Virus record (IMG/VR): IMGVR_UViG_3300021959_000031
Coordinates: 1,565 to 65,564 of that record
DNA from: a virus
Taxonomy: Duplodnaviria > Caudoviricetes
Reading direction: 5' to 3' (one strand)
Length of the DNA: 64,000 nucleotides
Position 1 is the stretch's first letter; every line of letters starts with the position of its first letter. The notes beneath the pieces are model-generated. The model saw only the letters and a program-made list of their open reading frames with translations, had not been told where the DNA came from and searched no databases. Both the position numbers and the translations under genes were made by a program. Positions 1 to 10,193 of this stretch are shown here, piece by piece.

Positions 1-827
1 CGAAATCTTCAGTTGATCATAATTTTCAACTAGCATCTTACACGCCGCCTGAGATTAGCATTTCAGCATCCAACTACTACTTAGAGGTTGGAAGTTCAAC
101 TCAGAATCAAATATCTGTCGAGTTATCTAAAAATGATGCTGGATCTGCTGTTGAGATTTCACTACTAAAAGATGACTCACTCTTTGATTCAGAAAACTCC
201 TTGTATGGTGTTCAAATACAAGATATACCAAATCAATTTGGTTTCGAAAACCCCAACAATCCGAACTTAAGATACGATGCTGTTTTTTACGACTCCAGCC
301 AAGTTCAGTTGGACTCATTCAAATATACAGCAATTGCCGTATACTTAGCGGGATCTCCAAAGAAGCACAGCTCTTATGGTTTGGATACAAGAGTTTTTGG
401 TTTAAGGAATAGTAATGCTCCTCAAGGAGCTGATTCTAATTTTAGTTCTGATGATTTGTTTGTAGCTGGTGTATATCCATATTACTATGGAGTGAGTGAT
501 GTTCCTATGACTGGTCAATCGATCCAAGATCTCTTGAACACGAATGACCCGAGTATCAACGCAACTTTGAGTGATAACTCTGGTGATATCACAATTCAGT
601 ATGATTCGAATGACGAGTATCTGTGGTTTGCACAAGCAGGTGTATATGATCAGAAAAATATCTGGAAAGATGCTAATAGTTCTGGTGGTATCGAAGATGG
701 GGGTTTCATAGAAAATACAGGGGTCTATCAACTTTCAAGTGTTAATTGGAGTGGTGTTGATTACACTTTGTATCAGACTCCATCTAAGACAACTTCATAT
801 GAAGTCACTTACCAGGCTTCAACGTAA
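1..827 (+). CDS. 5'-partial virion structural protein (likely baseplate/tail-associated), C-terminal part
   Basis: Frame is open from position 3 to the stop at 827 (track starts it at 201); S/D/N/Y-rich; lies just upstream of the neck genes. Confidence 0.6.
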   Translation, partial: KSSVDHNFQLASYTPPEISISASNYYLEVGSSTQNQISVELSKNDAGSAVEISLLKDDSLFDSENSLYGVQIQDIPNQFGFENPNNPNLRYDAVFYDSSQVQLDSFKYTAIAVYLAGSPKKHSSYGLDTRVFGLRNSNAPQGADSNFSSDDLFVAGVYPYYYGVSDVPMTGQSIQDLLNTNDPSINATLSDNSGDITIQYDSNDEYLWFAQAGVYDQKNIWKDANSSGGIEDGGFIENTGVYQLSSVNWSGVDYTLYQTPSKTTSYEVTYQAST

Positions 828-948
828 TGTCATCTATCTCTTCTTCTTCCATGTGGAATCTTCCTGTTCCAGCCTTAAAGAAAACTTTATTGTTTTCTTT
901 TCTGTAAATCTCAATTCTATCCACTATCCCTAGACCGAACTTTGACAT
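805..948 (-). CDS. small hypothetical protein (47 aa, MSKFGLGIVDRIEIY...)
   Basis: Fills the gap between the structural gene and gp13; TATAAACA late-promoter variant upstream on the minus strand (966-973). Confidence 0.4.
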   Translation of the reverse strand: MSKFGLGIVDRIEIYRKENNKVFFKAGTGRFHMEEEEIDDITLKPGK

Positions 949-1027
949 TAAATTTGAAAATTTAGTGTTTATATAAATAATTTTATTCTTCATAATTATT
1001 GTTATTTATTCTTTTAAACTTTACACA

Positions 1028-1035
1028 TATAAATA
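1028..1035 (+). promoter_or_regulatory. T4-type late promoter TATAAATA (second copy at 972-979)
   Basis: Exact gp55 consensus, 5 nt before the gp13 ATG. Confidence 0.8.
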
Positions 1036-1040
1036 CATTT

Positions 1041-1796
1041 ATGGCAAGACCAACATCAAGAGAAGAGTTAGCTGCATATTGTTTGCGCTCACTTGGGGCT
1101 CCAGTTATCGAAATCAATTTAGATGAAGATCAGATTGAGGATAGGATTGATGAGGCTATTCAATTCTATCAAGAATATCACAGTGATTCTGTAGTAAGGA
1201 CTTTTGTCAAGCATAAAGTGACCCAAGATGAAATAAATGCAAGGGTGATTGAGTTGCCAGATTCAGTCATAAGCATAACGAGAGTTCTGAATATAACTGA
1301 TGGTGCAAGTGCTGATATGTTTAACGCAAAGTATCAGTTCCATTTGAACGATATATACGACTTTCAAACTAAGGGTGGTTCTACAGAAATGTTGAGTTAT
1401 GCTATGACTAAGGAACATATTGGTATGATTGAGCATATTCTCACTGGAAACTCTCAGCAAATAACATATTCAAGGCATAAAAACACACTTGAGATATTGA
1501 CTGACTGGAGTGAATATATAAAAGAGGATGAGTATATTATCATAGAATGTTACCAAACAATAAATCCAGAGCAATACACTGAAGTTTATAACGACATGGC
1601 TTTGAAGAAGTATCTTACATCTCTCTTGAAAAAGAATTGGGGTGCAAACTTGATCAAGTTCGAAGGTATGCAGTTGCCAGGTGGAGTCACTATTAATGGA
1701 AGACCGATCTATGATGATGCTGTAGCAGAACTAGAAAAAATGGAAGAAGAGTGGGATAACAAATACCAGCTCCCGATTGATTTTTTCTGCGGGTAG
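1041..1796 (+). CDS. gp13: neck protein gp13
   Basis: MARPTSREEL..YCLRSLGAPVIEIN..Q.EDRIDEA; C-terminal WG.NLIKFEGMQLPGGVT.NG; synteny. Confidence 0.92.
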   Translation: MARPTSREELAAYCLRSLGAPVIEINLDEDQIEDRIDEAIQFYQEYHSDSVVRTFVKHKVTQDEINARVIELPDSVISITRVLNITDGASADMFNAKYQFHLNDIYDFQTKGGSTEMLSYAMTKEHIGMIEHILTGNSQQITYSRHKNTLEILTDWSEYIKEDEYIIIECYQTINPEQYTEVYNDMALKKYLTSLLKKNWGANLIKFEGMQLPGGVTINGRPIYDDAVAELEKMEEEWDNKYQLPIDFFCG

Positions 1797-1815
1797 TTCA
1801 TTTACGATAACTTAT

Positions 1816-2739
1816 ATGGCTCTTAACAAATACTTCAGTAACAGCAAGGATTATGGCACTAATTCTGAGAGAGATCTTTATGATGACCTTATCATAGAGT
1901 CGATGCAAATTCATGGTGTAGATGTTCATTATATTCCAAGGAAAATCGTAAAGCAAGATTTTGTTTTAAACGAAGATTTGATTTCTAGGTTTGATGATGC
2001 ATTTGTTATAGAAATGTATGTTGATAGCACCGAGTCATTTGAGGGTGATGGTGAGTTGATGCAAAGATTTGGTTTGGAGATAAGAGATCAGGTTACACTC
2101 ACTGTTAGTAACAGGAGGTGGAATCAGCTTATTGGTAGACATGGTTATGATGAAAACACAACTAGACCAAAAGAAGGTGATTTGATCCATCTTCCAATGA
2201 CTAAGGGGTTGTTTGAAATTAAATTTGTAGATGATAAAAAACCCTTCTTCCAGCTAGGTCAACAACCAACATTTAAGCTCGTTTGTGAGTTGTTTGAGTA
2301 TGAGAGTCAAGAGATTGATACTGGAATTGATGAAGTTGATGACTTCCAATCAAACAACTCGAAAGGATTTAGCTTTGAAGTCGATACCCAAGTTGGTAAA
2401 TTTGAAGAAAACGAAACTCTATCTCTTTTACTTCCAGGTGGAATTTCTGGTGGTGTTGAGTTCTTTGGTTATGATTTTGAAGAGGGAGATAATGTAGTAA
2501 ACGTAGGTGCTTTGACATTTGATGATGGAAAATATCATAACCTTATAGAGAACACTACACTGACAGGTCTGACAAGTGGAGCAACTGCGACTATAAGTAA
2601 GTTATACGATCTCGAAGATGGAGATGGATTGGTGTTCCAGAATGATGAGGGTGCCCAAAACAGCACGTTCGCTACAACTGTTAGTGACTTTATAGATTTC
2701 AGTGAAACCAATCCATTTGGAGAACCCTTTAATTACTAA
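1816..2739 (+). CDS. gp14: neck protein gp14
   Basis: DLIIESMQIHG.DV.YIPR, FGLEIRD, RPKEGDLI, C-terminal DFSETNPFG. Confidence 0.92.
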   Translation: MALNKYFSNSKDYGTNSERDLYDDLIIESMQIHGVDVHYIPRKIVKQDFVLNEDLISRFDDAFVIEMYVDSTESFEGDGELMQRFGLEIRDQVTLTVSNRRWNQLIGRHGYDENTTRPKEGDLIHLPMTKGLFEIKFVDDKKPFFQLGQQPTFKLVCELFEYESQEIDTGIDEVDDFQSNNSKGFSFEVDTQVGKFEENETLSLLLPGGISGGVEFFGYDFEEGDNVVNVGALTFDDGKYHNLIENTTLTGLTSGATATISKLYDLEDGDGLVFQNDEGAQNSTFATTVSDFIDFSETNPFGEPFNY

Positions 2740-2743
2740 AAAG

Positions 2744-3511
2744 ATGTTAGGAAACGATTATTTTTACAATGAGAATATCAAGAAAACTGTTGCAGTTTTT
2801 GGTTCTGTTTTCAATGATATCTACATAGCAAAAAGAGGAAATGGTGGGGTGCAAGATATACAAAGAGTTCCTCTAGCTTACGCACCTAAAGAGAGATACT
2901 TGGCTAGAATTAATCAATCCGATAAAGGTGATGTTTCTATAAGACTTCCAAGGATGAGCTTTGAGGTTACGAGTATAGAATATGATTCAGAGACTAAGTT
3001 AAATAAACTTAACAGAACTATTCAAAGTAAAGATGGTGATGATTTCCGTGTTTGGCAGGCAGCTCCGTATAAGTTAGGGATGTCGTTGCACGTAATGAGT
3101 AGAGGTCAAGAAGAAGCTCTACAAGTTGTCGAACAGATATTACCGTTTTTCAATTCTACTTACTCGGTTACAGTTAAAGGAATGGAGGGTCCTGATAGCA
3201 AGACAGATATTCCAATAACATTAAACAGTGTAAATTTTGAAGATGATTATCAGGGTGATTTTGAAAGTAGTAGAAGGGTTGTGATCTATACTTTGGAGTT
3301 TAATATATCACTGAAGTTCGGTCTTCCTATCACTGGTGCAAAACAGGTTAAAAACATCACTACCAACTTCACTGACGACGATGGTGATATTCTAACTAGT
3401 GTTAATGTCAGAACTAAATATCGAGATCAGACTAAAGAAGATCACGAAGTTATTTGTGAGTTAGATTATGATTTTGATGTTAATGACTGGCCTGAAACTC
3501 CACCAGATTAA
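2744..3511 (+). CDS. gp15: tail sheath stabilizer/terminator gp15
   Basis: YFYNE.IKK.V.VFGSVFN, VPLAYAPKE, LPRMSFE, QVVEQILPFF. Confidence 0.92.
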   Translation: MLGNDYFYNENIKKTVAVFGSVFNDIYIAKRGNGGVQDIQRVPLAYAPKERYLARINQSDKGDVSIRLPRMSFEVTSIEYDSETKLNKLNRTIQSKDGDDFRVWQAAPYKLGMSLHVMSRGQEEALQVVEQILPFFNSTYSVTVKGMEGPDSKTDIPITLNSVNFEDDYQGDFESSRRVVIYTLEFNISLKFGLPITGAKQVKNITTNFTDDDGDILTSVNVRTKYRDQTKEDHEVICELDYDFDVNDWPETPPD

Positions 3512-3519
3512 ATTCTATT

Positions 3520-3981
3520 ATGGCATTCGATTCAGAAAAAAAATCAGAAATTCTAAAAAGCTTAGAGAGTAACTTGCCCGTTGAAGACAAGCAAGAGATA
3601 TCTAAGGTCGATGATTTGAAATTACCATCAACTCAGTCTGTTGTTGATGATGGTGAAGATGATTATAATTTTGCTAGAGAAAATATCAAAAAACTTATAG
3701 GAACTAGTGACGATGCTATCAACTTGATGCATGAACTTGCTTCAGAGGCAGAACACCCAAGAGCATTCGAAGTTCTTGCTACTATGATAAAGAATGCTTC
3801 TGATATGAACAATCAATTATTAGACTTGACCCAAAAAAGAAAAAAGCTTCTCAAAGATGACGAGAATAAATCTAACAAGTCAAATTCAAACACTACGAAT
3901 AATGTGATCTTTAGTGGAACTACAACTGACCTACAAAAGTTGTTGTCAAAAAAAGAAGATGATGTCATTGATGTAGATTAA
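3520..3981 (+). CDS. gp16: terminase small subunit
   Basis: DDYNFARENI, EHPRAFEV, NNVIFSGTTTDLQK; directly before gp17. Confidence 0.88.
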   Translation: MAFDSEKKSEILKSLESNLPVEDKQEISKVDDLKLPSTQSVVDDGEDDYNFARENIKKLIGTSDDAINLMHELASEAEHPRAFEVLATMIKNASDMNNQLLDLTQKRKKLLKDDENKSNKSNSNTTNNVIFSGTTTDLQKLLSKKEDDVIDVD

Positions 3982-3984
3982 ATA

Positions 3985-5568
3985 ATGAGCGAAAACAATG
4001 GTTACAACGGTAACTCTTTAGTTAAAGACGATGCTGTTCAGCAGAACTTTACGACTGAAGAGGTCAAGGAGTATGCAATGTGCATGAATGACATTGCTTA
4101 TTTCTGTGAAAACTATGTTAAAGTTATTTCTCTTGATGATGGGTTAGCTCCATTTAAACTAAGGGGTTATCAAAAAGACTTGGTTGATCATTATGAGGAA
4201 AATCGTTTCTCTGTAGTAAAAGCTTGTAGGCAAAGCGGAAAGAGTATCACATCAGTTGCTTATCTTCTTCATTATTTGGTATTCAATCCAGATAAGAAAG
4301 TTGCTATACTGGCAAACAAGGGGTCTACTGCTAGAGAGATGTTAGCTAGGTTGACACTAATGCTAGAGCATCTGCCATTCTTTCTTCAGCCTGGTTGCAA
4401 AACTCTAAACAAAGGAAATATTGTTTTTAGTAACAATAGTGAAGTTATTGCAGCTGCTACAAGTTCAAGCAGTATTCGAGGTTTAGCTATTCATGTTCTC
4501 ATGTTGGATGAGTTTGCTTTTGTTAATGATGCTGATGAGTTTTATACAAGTACATATCCCGTAATTTCTTCTGGTAAAGATACTAAAGTTATCATAACGA
4601 GTACTCCAAATGGAATTGGAAATATGTTTTATAAGATATGGGAGGGATCTCAGCAAAATGCTAATGAATTCAAACCATTTTCAATTGGATGGAGAGATGT
4701 TCCTGGAAGAGATGATGAGTGGAGAAAACAAACGATAGCGAACACAAGTGAAGCACAGTTCAAGCAAGAGTTTGAATGTGATTTTCTGGGTTCAAGTCAG
4801 ACTTTGATTGATGCTAATGTTCTTCTAGGTTTAACTAGTGGAAACCCCATTAAAGAGCAATATGATATTAAGTTTTATAGAGAGCCGATAGAGGGTCATG
4901 AATATGTATTATGTGCAGATGTTTCTAAGGGTAGAGGTCAAGATTACAGCACGTTTAGTGTAGTTGATGTAACTTCATCACCATTTGAGCAAGTAGCAAC
5001 TTACAGGCAGAACACAGTATCTCCATTATTGTTTCCAGATTTTATTATTAGAGCTGCCAAGATATACAATGATGCTTTAGTGGTGATAGAGAATAACGAT
5101 GTTGGGCAGGTTGTTTGTAATAGTGTTTATTATGATCACGAATATGACAACACATTCACAACAAGTTCAGTTAAGAGTAATGGTATTGGAGTTACAATGT
5201 CTACCAAAGTCAAAAGAATAGGTTGCTCTAATCTTAAGGATTTGCTTGAGGATAACCAAATCTTGATTGTTGATCCAGATACTATTTTAGAACTCAGTTC
5301 TTTTGCACCTAAAGGGAAAAGTTATGCGGCAACACAAGGGAACCACGATGATAGTGTTATGAACTTCGTTCTTTTTGCTTGGTTCGTTAGCACTGATGTT
5401 TTTCAGAGTATGTCGAACACAGAACTCAGAGAGTTACTTTATAAAGAGAAGCTTATGCAGATGGAAGAAGACTTACCTCCATTTGGTTTTATAAACAATG
5501 GAGTTGATAACACCAATAAAATACATGATCAGTTGGTCGAAGATGCAAAATCTTGGTCTAATCTTTAG
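3985..5568 (+). CDS. gp17: terminase large subunit
   Basis: Walker A RQSGKS, Walker B LMLDEFAF, ITSTPNG, nuclease DVSKGRGQDYS and HDD motifs. Confidence 0.97.
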   Translation: MSENNGYNGNSLVKDDAVQQNFTTEEVKEYAMCMNDIAYFCENYVKVISLDDGLAPFKLRGYQKDLVDHYEENRFSVVKACRQSGKSITSVAYLLHYLVFNPDKKVAILANKGSTAREMLARLTLMLEHLPFFLQPGCKTLNKGNIVFSNNSEVIAAATSSSSIRGLAIHVLMLDEFAFVNDADEFYTSTYPVISSGKDTKVIITSTPNGIGNMFYKIWEGSQQNANEFKPFSIGWRDVPGRDDEWRKQTIANTSEAQFKQEFECDFLGSSQTLIDANVLLGLTSGNPIKEQYDIKFYREPIEGHEYVLCADVSKGRGQDYSTFSVVDVTSSPFEQVATYRQNTVSPLLFPDFIIRAAKIYNDALVVIENNDVGQVVCNSVYYDHEYDNTFTTSSVKSNGIGVTMSTKVKRIGCSNLKDLLEDNQILIVDPDTILELSSFAPKGKSYAATQGNHDDSVMNFVLFAWFVSTDVFQSMSNTELRELLYKEKLMQMEEDLPPFGFINNGVDNTNKIHDQLVEDAKSWSNL

Positions 5569-5595
5569 CTTTAAGTTTTATGAAATTGTTGTTTT

Positions 5596-5603
5596 TATAA
5601 ATA
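5596..5603 (+). promoter_or_regulatory. late promoter TATAAATA for gp18
   Basis: Exact consensus in the intergenic gap. Confidence 0.8.
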
Positions 5604-5677
5604 AATCCATTGAGATTAAACCTTATTATGCTTAACTTATTATCAAAAATATAAACTAACCGAAAGGAAACAAACAA

Positions 5678-7402
5678 ATGGGATTTTTAGTATCACCTGG
5701 AGTCGAGGTCAATGAAATTGACTTGACAAACATCATCCCAGCTCTCTCCACTAGTATTGGAGCATATGCTGGGTATTTTAATTGGGGACCTGCTGGCGAA
5801 GTAGTCACAGTATCCTCTGAGAAGCAATTAGCACAAGTATTTGGGTCGCCTGAAAAAGCAGACTCAGCTGAGATATCATTCTTTACTGCAGCTAGTTTTT
5901 TGAAGTATGGAAACAATCTTAAAGTTTCTAGAGCAATTCCAACAGATGCGTATAACGCAAAATCTGGAACTGGTTCAGCAGACTTTACTATTTCAAACAG
6001 AGATGAACTTGAGCTTAATGCTGGAGGTCTTCAAACAGATGGAGCAGAAGTAGTTGCTCGTTATGTTGGAGAGCTTGGAAATAGCATTAAAACTTACATA
6101 GTTGACAGCGCAGTTTACGCTGATTCTCCACCACTTCCATCGAATGTTCTCGGTGCATTACCATATGCTCCCGATGACACTGTATTTGGATCAACTTTAG
6201 CTGGTGCTGGAATCAATGACGAAGTTCATGTGGTTGTGGTAGATGCTGATGGAAAAATCACAGGAACTAAAGATGCTATTCTTGAAGTTCATGCTGGTCT
6301 TTCAACTGCACAAAATGCTAAGAGTGAATATGGTGACAGTAACTATTTTGTTACAGTTATCAACAACAACTCTTCATTCATCTGGCTCGCTCCAGAAGCA
6401 ACTCCAACTGTTATCGATGAGGACACAGCTGATATTGTTAATGGATTCACATCTGCTGGATTAGATTTAGCTGGTGGTGCAACAGGAACTATGACAAGTG
6501 CAGGTCCTGTTGAGACTGCTTTGACATTCTTCGATGATGCAATCAAGATTGATGTTAACCTTCTTTTCGCACAAAACTTCGCAGATGGATCAACTTATAC
6601 TGGTTCAAGCACAGAGACAATCGACAACAAGTTGGTTGAAATTGCTAATGCTCGTAAGGATGCAATCTCGTTTATTTCTGCACCACTCAGTGTTGTAGAC
6701 CAGACAAGTGAAGATGCTAAGAAAGGAAAGATCCTAGACAAGTTTAATGGAATTTCTTCAAGTAGTTATATATTCTTTGATAGTTCACCCGCTTATGTTT
6801 ACAACAAATATCGTGATGGTTATGTTTGGATTCCACTATGTGGTCACATGGCTGGTCTTTGTGCTGGAACAGATGACGTTGCAGACCCTTGGTTCTCACC
6901 AGCTGGATACACAAGAGGAAACGTCCTCGGTGTAACTAAGTTGGCTTATAACCCAGGTCAAGTTGCAAGAGATGAGTTATACACAAAGCGTGTTAACCCT
7001 GTTGTTAGTTTTCCAGGTCAAGGAATCGTTCTTTTCGGTGACAAGACTGGTCTTACTAAGCCCTCTGCTTTTGATCGTATCAATGTTCGTAGACTATTCA
7101 CCACAATCGAAAAAGCAATTGCAACTGCTTCTAAGTTCCAGTTGTTTGAACTCAATGATGACTTCACACGTTCTACATTTAGAAACGCTGTTGAACCATA
7201 CTTGAGAGATGTTCAGGGTCGCCGTGGAATCACCGACTTCAAAGTTGTCTGTGACGAAACCAACAATACTGGTGACGTTATCGATGGCAATCGTTTTGTT
7301 GCTGATATCTACATCAAACCAACTCGTAGCATTAACTTCATATCGTTGAACTTTATTGCAACTAGAACTGGTGTTAGCTTCGATGAAATCATTGGAGAAT
7401 AG
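5678..7402 (+). CDS. gp18: tail sheath protein
   Basis: SPGVEVNEIDLT, WFSPAG..RG, FGDKT, FDRINVRRLF, YIKPTRSINFI. Confidence 0.97.
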   Translation: MGFLVSPGVEVNEIDLTNIIPALSTSIGAYAGYFNWGPAGEVVTVSSEKQLAQVFGSPEKADSAEISFFTAASFLKYGNNLKVSRAIPTDAYNAKSGTGSADFTISNRDELELNAGGLQTDGAEVVARYVGELGNSIKTYIVDSAVYADSPPLPSNVLGALPYAPDDTVFGSTLAGAGINDEVHVVVVDADGKITGTKDAILEVHAGLSTAQNAKSEYGDSNYFVTVINNNSSFIWLAPEATPTVIDEDTADIVNGFTSAGLDLAGGATGTMTSAGPVETALTFFDDAIKIDVNLLFAQNFADGSTYTGSSTETIDNKLVEIANARKDAISFISAPLSVVDQTSEDAKKGKILDKFNGISSSSYIFFDSSPAYVYNKYRDGYVWIPLCGHMAGLCAGTDDVADPWFSPAGYTRGNVLGVTKLAYNPGQVARDELYTKRVNPVVSFPGQGIVLFGDKTGLTKPSAFDRINVRRLFTTIEKAIATASKFQLFELNDDFTRSTFRNAVEPYLRDVQGRRGITDFKVVCDETNNTGDVIDGNRFVADIYIKPTRSINFISLNFIATRTGVSFDEIIGE

Positions 7403-7403
7403 T

Positions 7404-7411
7404 TATAAATA
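7404..7411 (+). promoter_or_regulatory. late promoter TATAAATA for gp19
   Basis: Exact consensus. Confidence 0.75.
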
Positions 7412-7442
7412 GTATTAATAAACATTAACAAAATACAAAAAT

Positions 7443-7979
7443 ATGTCTAATATATCTGATTTTAAAGCAAACTTTAACGGTGGGTCTAGAGCAAACTTGT
7501 TCAAGGCTATCGTTAATTTTCCTGGTGATAACAAGTCATTAACTGAACTGAGTTCTTTCATGATCAAGGGAGCATCTCTCCCCGCCAGTGTAATTGCAAA
7601 CATTGATGTTCCTTATAGGGGTCGTCAAATTAAAGTTGCAGGTGACCGCACATTCGAACCAATGACATTCACTGTTATCAATGATGGTAACATGGTGATT
7701 CGTAATGAGTTCGAAAAGTGGATGAATGCAATTAGCGCACATGAGGGTAATACTTCAGCATTCTCAACAGTTGGCAATCCTCTTGCTTACTATGCAGATG
7801 TTGAAATCTACCAGCTAGATCGCTCTGGAAGTGAAGTTCCAACTAAAGCATACAAGCTTATTGATGCTTATCCTACAAACGTAAGTGCAATCGAGTTGTC
7901 ATATGATGCCAACGATGCAGTTGAAGAGTTTACTGTAGAGATGAGTTTCCAATACTGGACTTCAAATACAACATCTTAA
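7443..7979 (+). CDS. gp19: tail tube protein
   Basis: GG.RANLF, ASLPAS, YRGRQIKVAGDRTF, YPTNVSAIELSYD, EEFTVE..FQYW. Confidence 0.96.
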   Translation: MSNISDFKANFNGGSRANLFKAIVNFPGDNKSLTELSSFMIKGASLPASVIANIDVPYRGRQIKVAGDRTFEPMTFTVINDGNMVIRNEFEKWMNAISAHEGNTSAFSTVGNPLAYYADVEIYQLDRSGSEVPTKAYKLIDAYPTNVSAIELSYDANDAVEEFTVEMSFQYWTSNTTS

Positions 7980-7997
7980 TTTAAAGAAAACAAAAAT

Positions 7998-8036
7998 CAG
8001 TTTCACTATGGGGCCTAAAATCCCATAGTGAAACTG
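7998..8036 (+). terminator. 15-bp perfect inverted-repeat hairpin after gp19
   Basis: CAGTTTCACTATGGG ... CCCATAGTGAAACTG; weak U tract. Confidence 0.6.
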
Positions 8037-8050
8037 TTATATATAATTAC

Positions 8051-9556
8051 ATGAATCTATTTGGATATGAAATAACTAAGAAGATCGATGCAGGGGAATC
8101 TAAAAAGCAGACCCCCGAGTTGCAATCGTTTGCGAACCCTATGGACTCTGAGGGTACATCTTATGTTAGTGCAGTTGGTGGTGGTGCAGGATTTAACACC
8201 CAAATTTTAGATTTAGATTCTCACTCATCTGGCAGTGAGAAAGATCTTATAAAAAAATATAGGCAGACCGCGGCGCAACCAGAGTGTGATATTGCAATCA
8301 ATGATATTTTAAATCAGGCTATAGTATCTGACACTGAAAGTCCTGTTAACTTAGTACTAGACAAAGTTGATTTGCCCGATAAGATTAAGACTAGTATCAA
8401 AAATGAATTTGAGTCTGTTCTTAATCTTTTAGACTTTAACTTTTCTGGTCATGACATTTTCAGAAGATGGTATATTGATGGGAAGTTGTATTACCATTTG
8501 CTTGTCGATAATGACAACCTTAAAGGTGGTATTCAAGAGGTAAGAATGGTTGATCCTTTGAATATAAAAAAGGTTAAAGAAGTTAAAAGAAAACTCGACA
8601 AGAACAGTGGTGTCGAGACTTCTTCATTGAGTAAAGAGTATTACGTTTATAGTGAATCTTCTGATTCTGGTTTAAAAAATAACGCGCTCAAGATTGACCC
8701 TAACAGTATCGTTTACACTCCAAGTGGTATGCTTGATGAGTATGGTAAATTTTCGATATCCTATTTACACAAGAGTATTAAGTTGGTGAACCAGTTGCGG
8801 GTCATGGAAGACTCTCTTGTTATCTACAGAATATCACGGGCACCAGAAAGAAGAATTTTCTACATCGATGTTGGAAACCTTCCAAAAGGTAAAGCAGAAG
8901 AGTATGTTCAAGGCATAATGAGCAAGTATAGGAACAAACTTGTCTATGATGCTACTAGTGGTGAGATCAGTGATGATAGAAAAACAATGAGTATGCTTGA
9001 AGATTTCTGGCTTCCTCGCCGTGAAGGTGGTAAGGGAACTGAGATAACAACTCTTCCTGGTGGTGAAAACCTAAGTCAAATTGACGATATCTTGTTTTTC
9101 CAGAAGAAACTATACAAGTCGTTAAACGTTCCAGTTGGGAGACTTGAAGAAGATAATGCATTTAGTGTTGGAAGAGCTAGTGAAATTACTAGAGATGAAG
9201 TCAAGTTTCAAAAGTTCATCAATAGATTGAGACTCAAGTTCAGCACACTGTTCATTGATATGCTGAAGGTTCAGTGCCTTCTTAAAGGTATCGTAACCAA
9301 AGATGAGTGGCCTCAAATACGTGAAAATGTGGAGATAGATTACTCAGAAGATAACTATTTCACAGAACTCAAAAACTTCGAAATAATGAGAGAGCGAATG
9401 GCTATGCTTCAAGATGTCGAAGATTATGTTGGAAAATACTTCAGTAAGTCTTGGGTTAGATCTAATGTGTTAAATATGACAGAGGATGATGTTGAAAAAC
9501 TAGAAAAGGAAATGGAGTCTGACGGTTCTAGAGATGAAGAAGAAGGAGAATTTTAA
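8051..9556 (+). CDS. gp20: portal vertex protein
   Basis: FRRWYIDG, EDSLVIYRISRAPERRIFYIDVGNLPK, EDFWLPRREGGKGTEITTLPGG. Confidence 0.97.
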   Translation: MNLFGYEITKKIDAGESKKQTPELQSFANPMDSEGTSYVSAVGGGAGFNTQILDLDSHSSGSEKDLIKKYRQTAAQPECDIAINDILNQAIVSDTESPVNLVLDKVDLPDKIKTSIKNEFESVLNLLDFNFSGHDIFRRWYIDGKLYYHLLVDNDNLKGGIQEVRMVDPLNIKKVKEVKRKLDKNSGVETSSLSKEYYVYSESSDSGLKNNALKIDPNSIVYTPSGMLDEYGKFSISYLHKSIKLVNQLRVMEDSLVIYRISRAPERRIFYIDVGNLPKGKAEEYVQGIMSKYRNKLVYDATSGEISDDRKTMSMLEDFWLPRREGGKGTEITTLPGGENLSQIDDILFFQKKLYKSLNVPVGRLEEDNAFSVGRASEITRDEVKFQKFINRLRLKFSTLFIDMLKVQCLLKGIVTKDEWPQIRENVEIDYSEDNYFTELKNFEIMRERMAMLQDVEDYVGKYFSKSWVRSNVLNMTEDDVEKLEKEMESDGSRDEEEGEF

Positions 9557-9568
9557 ATAAATAATAAG

Positions 9569-10189
9569 ATGAATGATTTAGTAAACAAAATAAAGCAGGG
9601 AAGCGAATCAGCTGACGAAGAATTTCAGAGTGGTATCTTAGACAAGGTTCGTGATGCACTGGATATGAAAAAAGTTGAGCTGGCTTCGAAAGTCTTCAAT
9701 TCAGAACCAATCGAAGAATCTACTAGGGAGATCGATATTGTTAAGGAAGCCGCCAACAAAATTATGAATCTTTCAGAAGCAGAAGTCGATGAAGAAGCAA
9801 AAAAGAATGCTGAAATTCTTAGAGATTTGTATTTAAAAGAGTTTCCAAATGGTTATGCTACAGTATCTAAAGCACCTCTAGGGAGTGATACTTTCTACTT
9901 GAAAGCTTATATCGGTAAGCCTGACACTTGGGCTAATGGAATATCTCAAAACGATGATCTTGCACATGCTTATCTTGTTACTAAAGACGGTGTTGAGTCT
10001 TCTCAGGGTATATCTTTGATGGTTGATCCAGAAAAGAAACATTTGGCAATGAGCAGAGTGAAGATTCCCTTCAGAAAGAAGAGTGGAAAAAATATGATTT
10101 CTGGAATGAAAAAACACTTCGCTAATATGAGAAAGATTGTAATGGCTAATAAAGATAAAATCTTTCATCGTAAAAATATCAAGCTATAA
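9569..10189 (+). CDS. gp67-like prohead core protein with extra C-terminal domain
   Basis: Position right after portal; N-terminal amphipathic segment (DLVNKIK..ADEEF..ILDKVRDALDMKKVELASKVF) resembles gp67; AATAAATA 5 nt upstream; C-terminal ~130-aa globular domain is extra. Confidence 0.65.
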   Translation: MNDLVNKIKQGSESADEEFQSGILDKVRDALDMKKVELASKVFNSEPIEESTREIDIVKEAANKIMNLSEAEVDEEAKKNAEILRDLYLKEFPNGYATVSKAPLGSDTFYLKAYIGKPDTWANGISQNDDLAHAYLVTKDGVESSQGISLMVDPEKKHLAMSRVKIPFRKKSGKNMISGMKKHFANMRKIVMANKDKIFHRKNIKL

Positions 10190-10193
10190 TCAA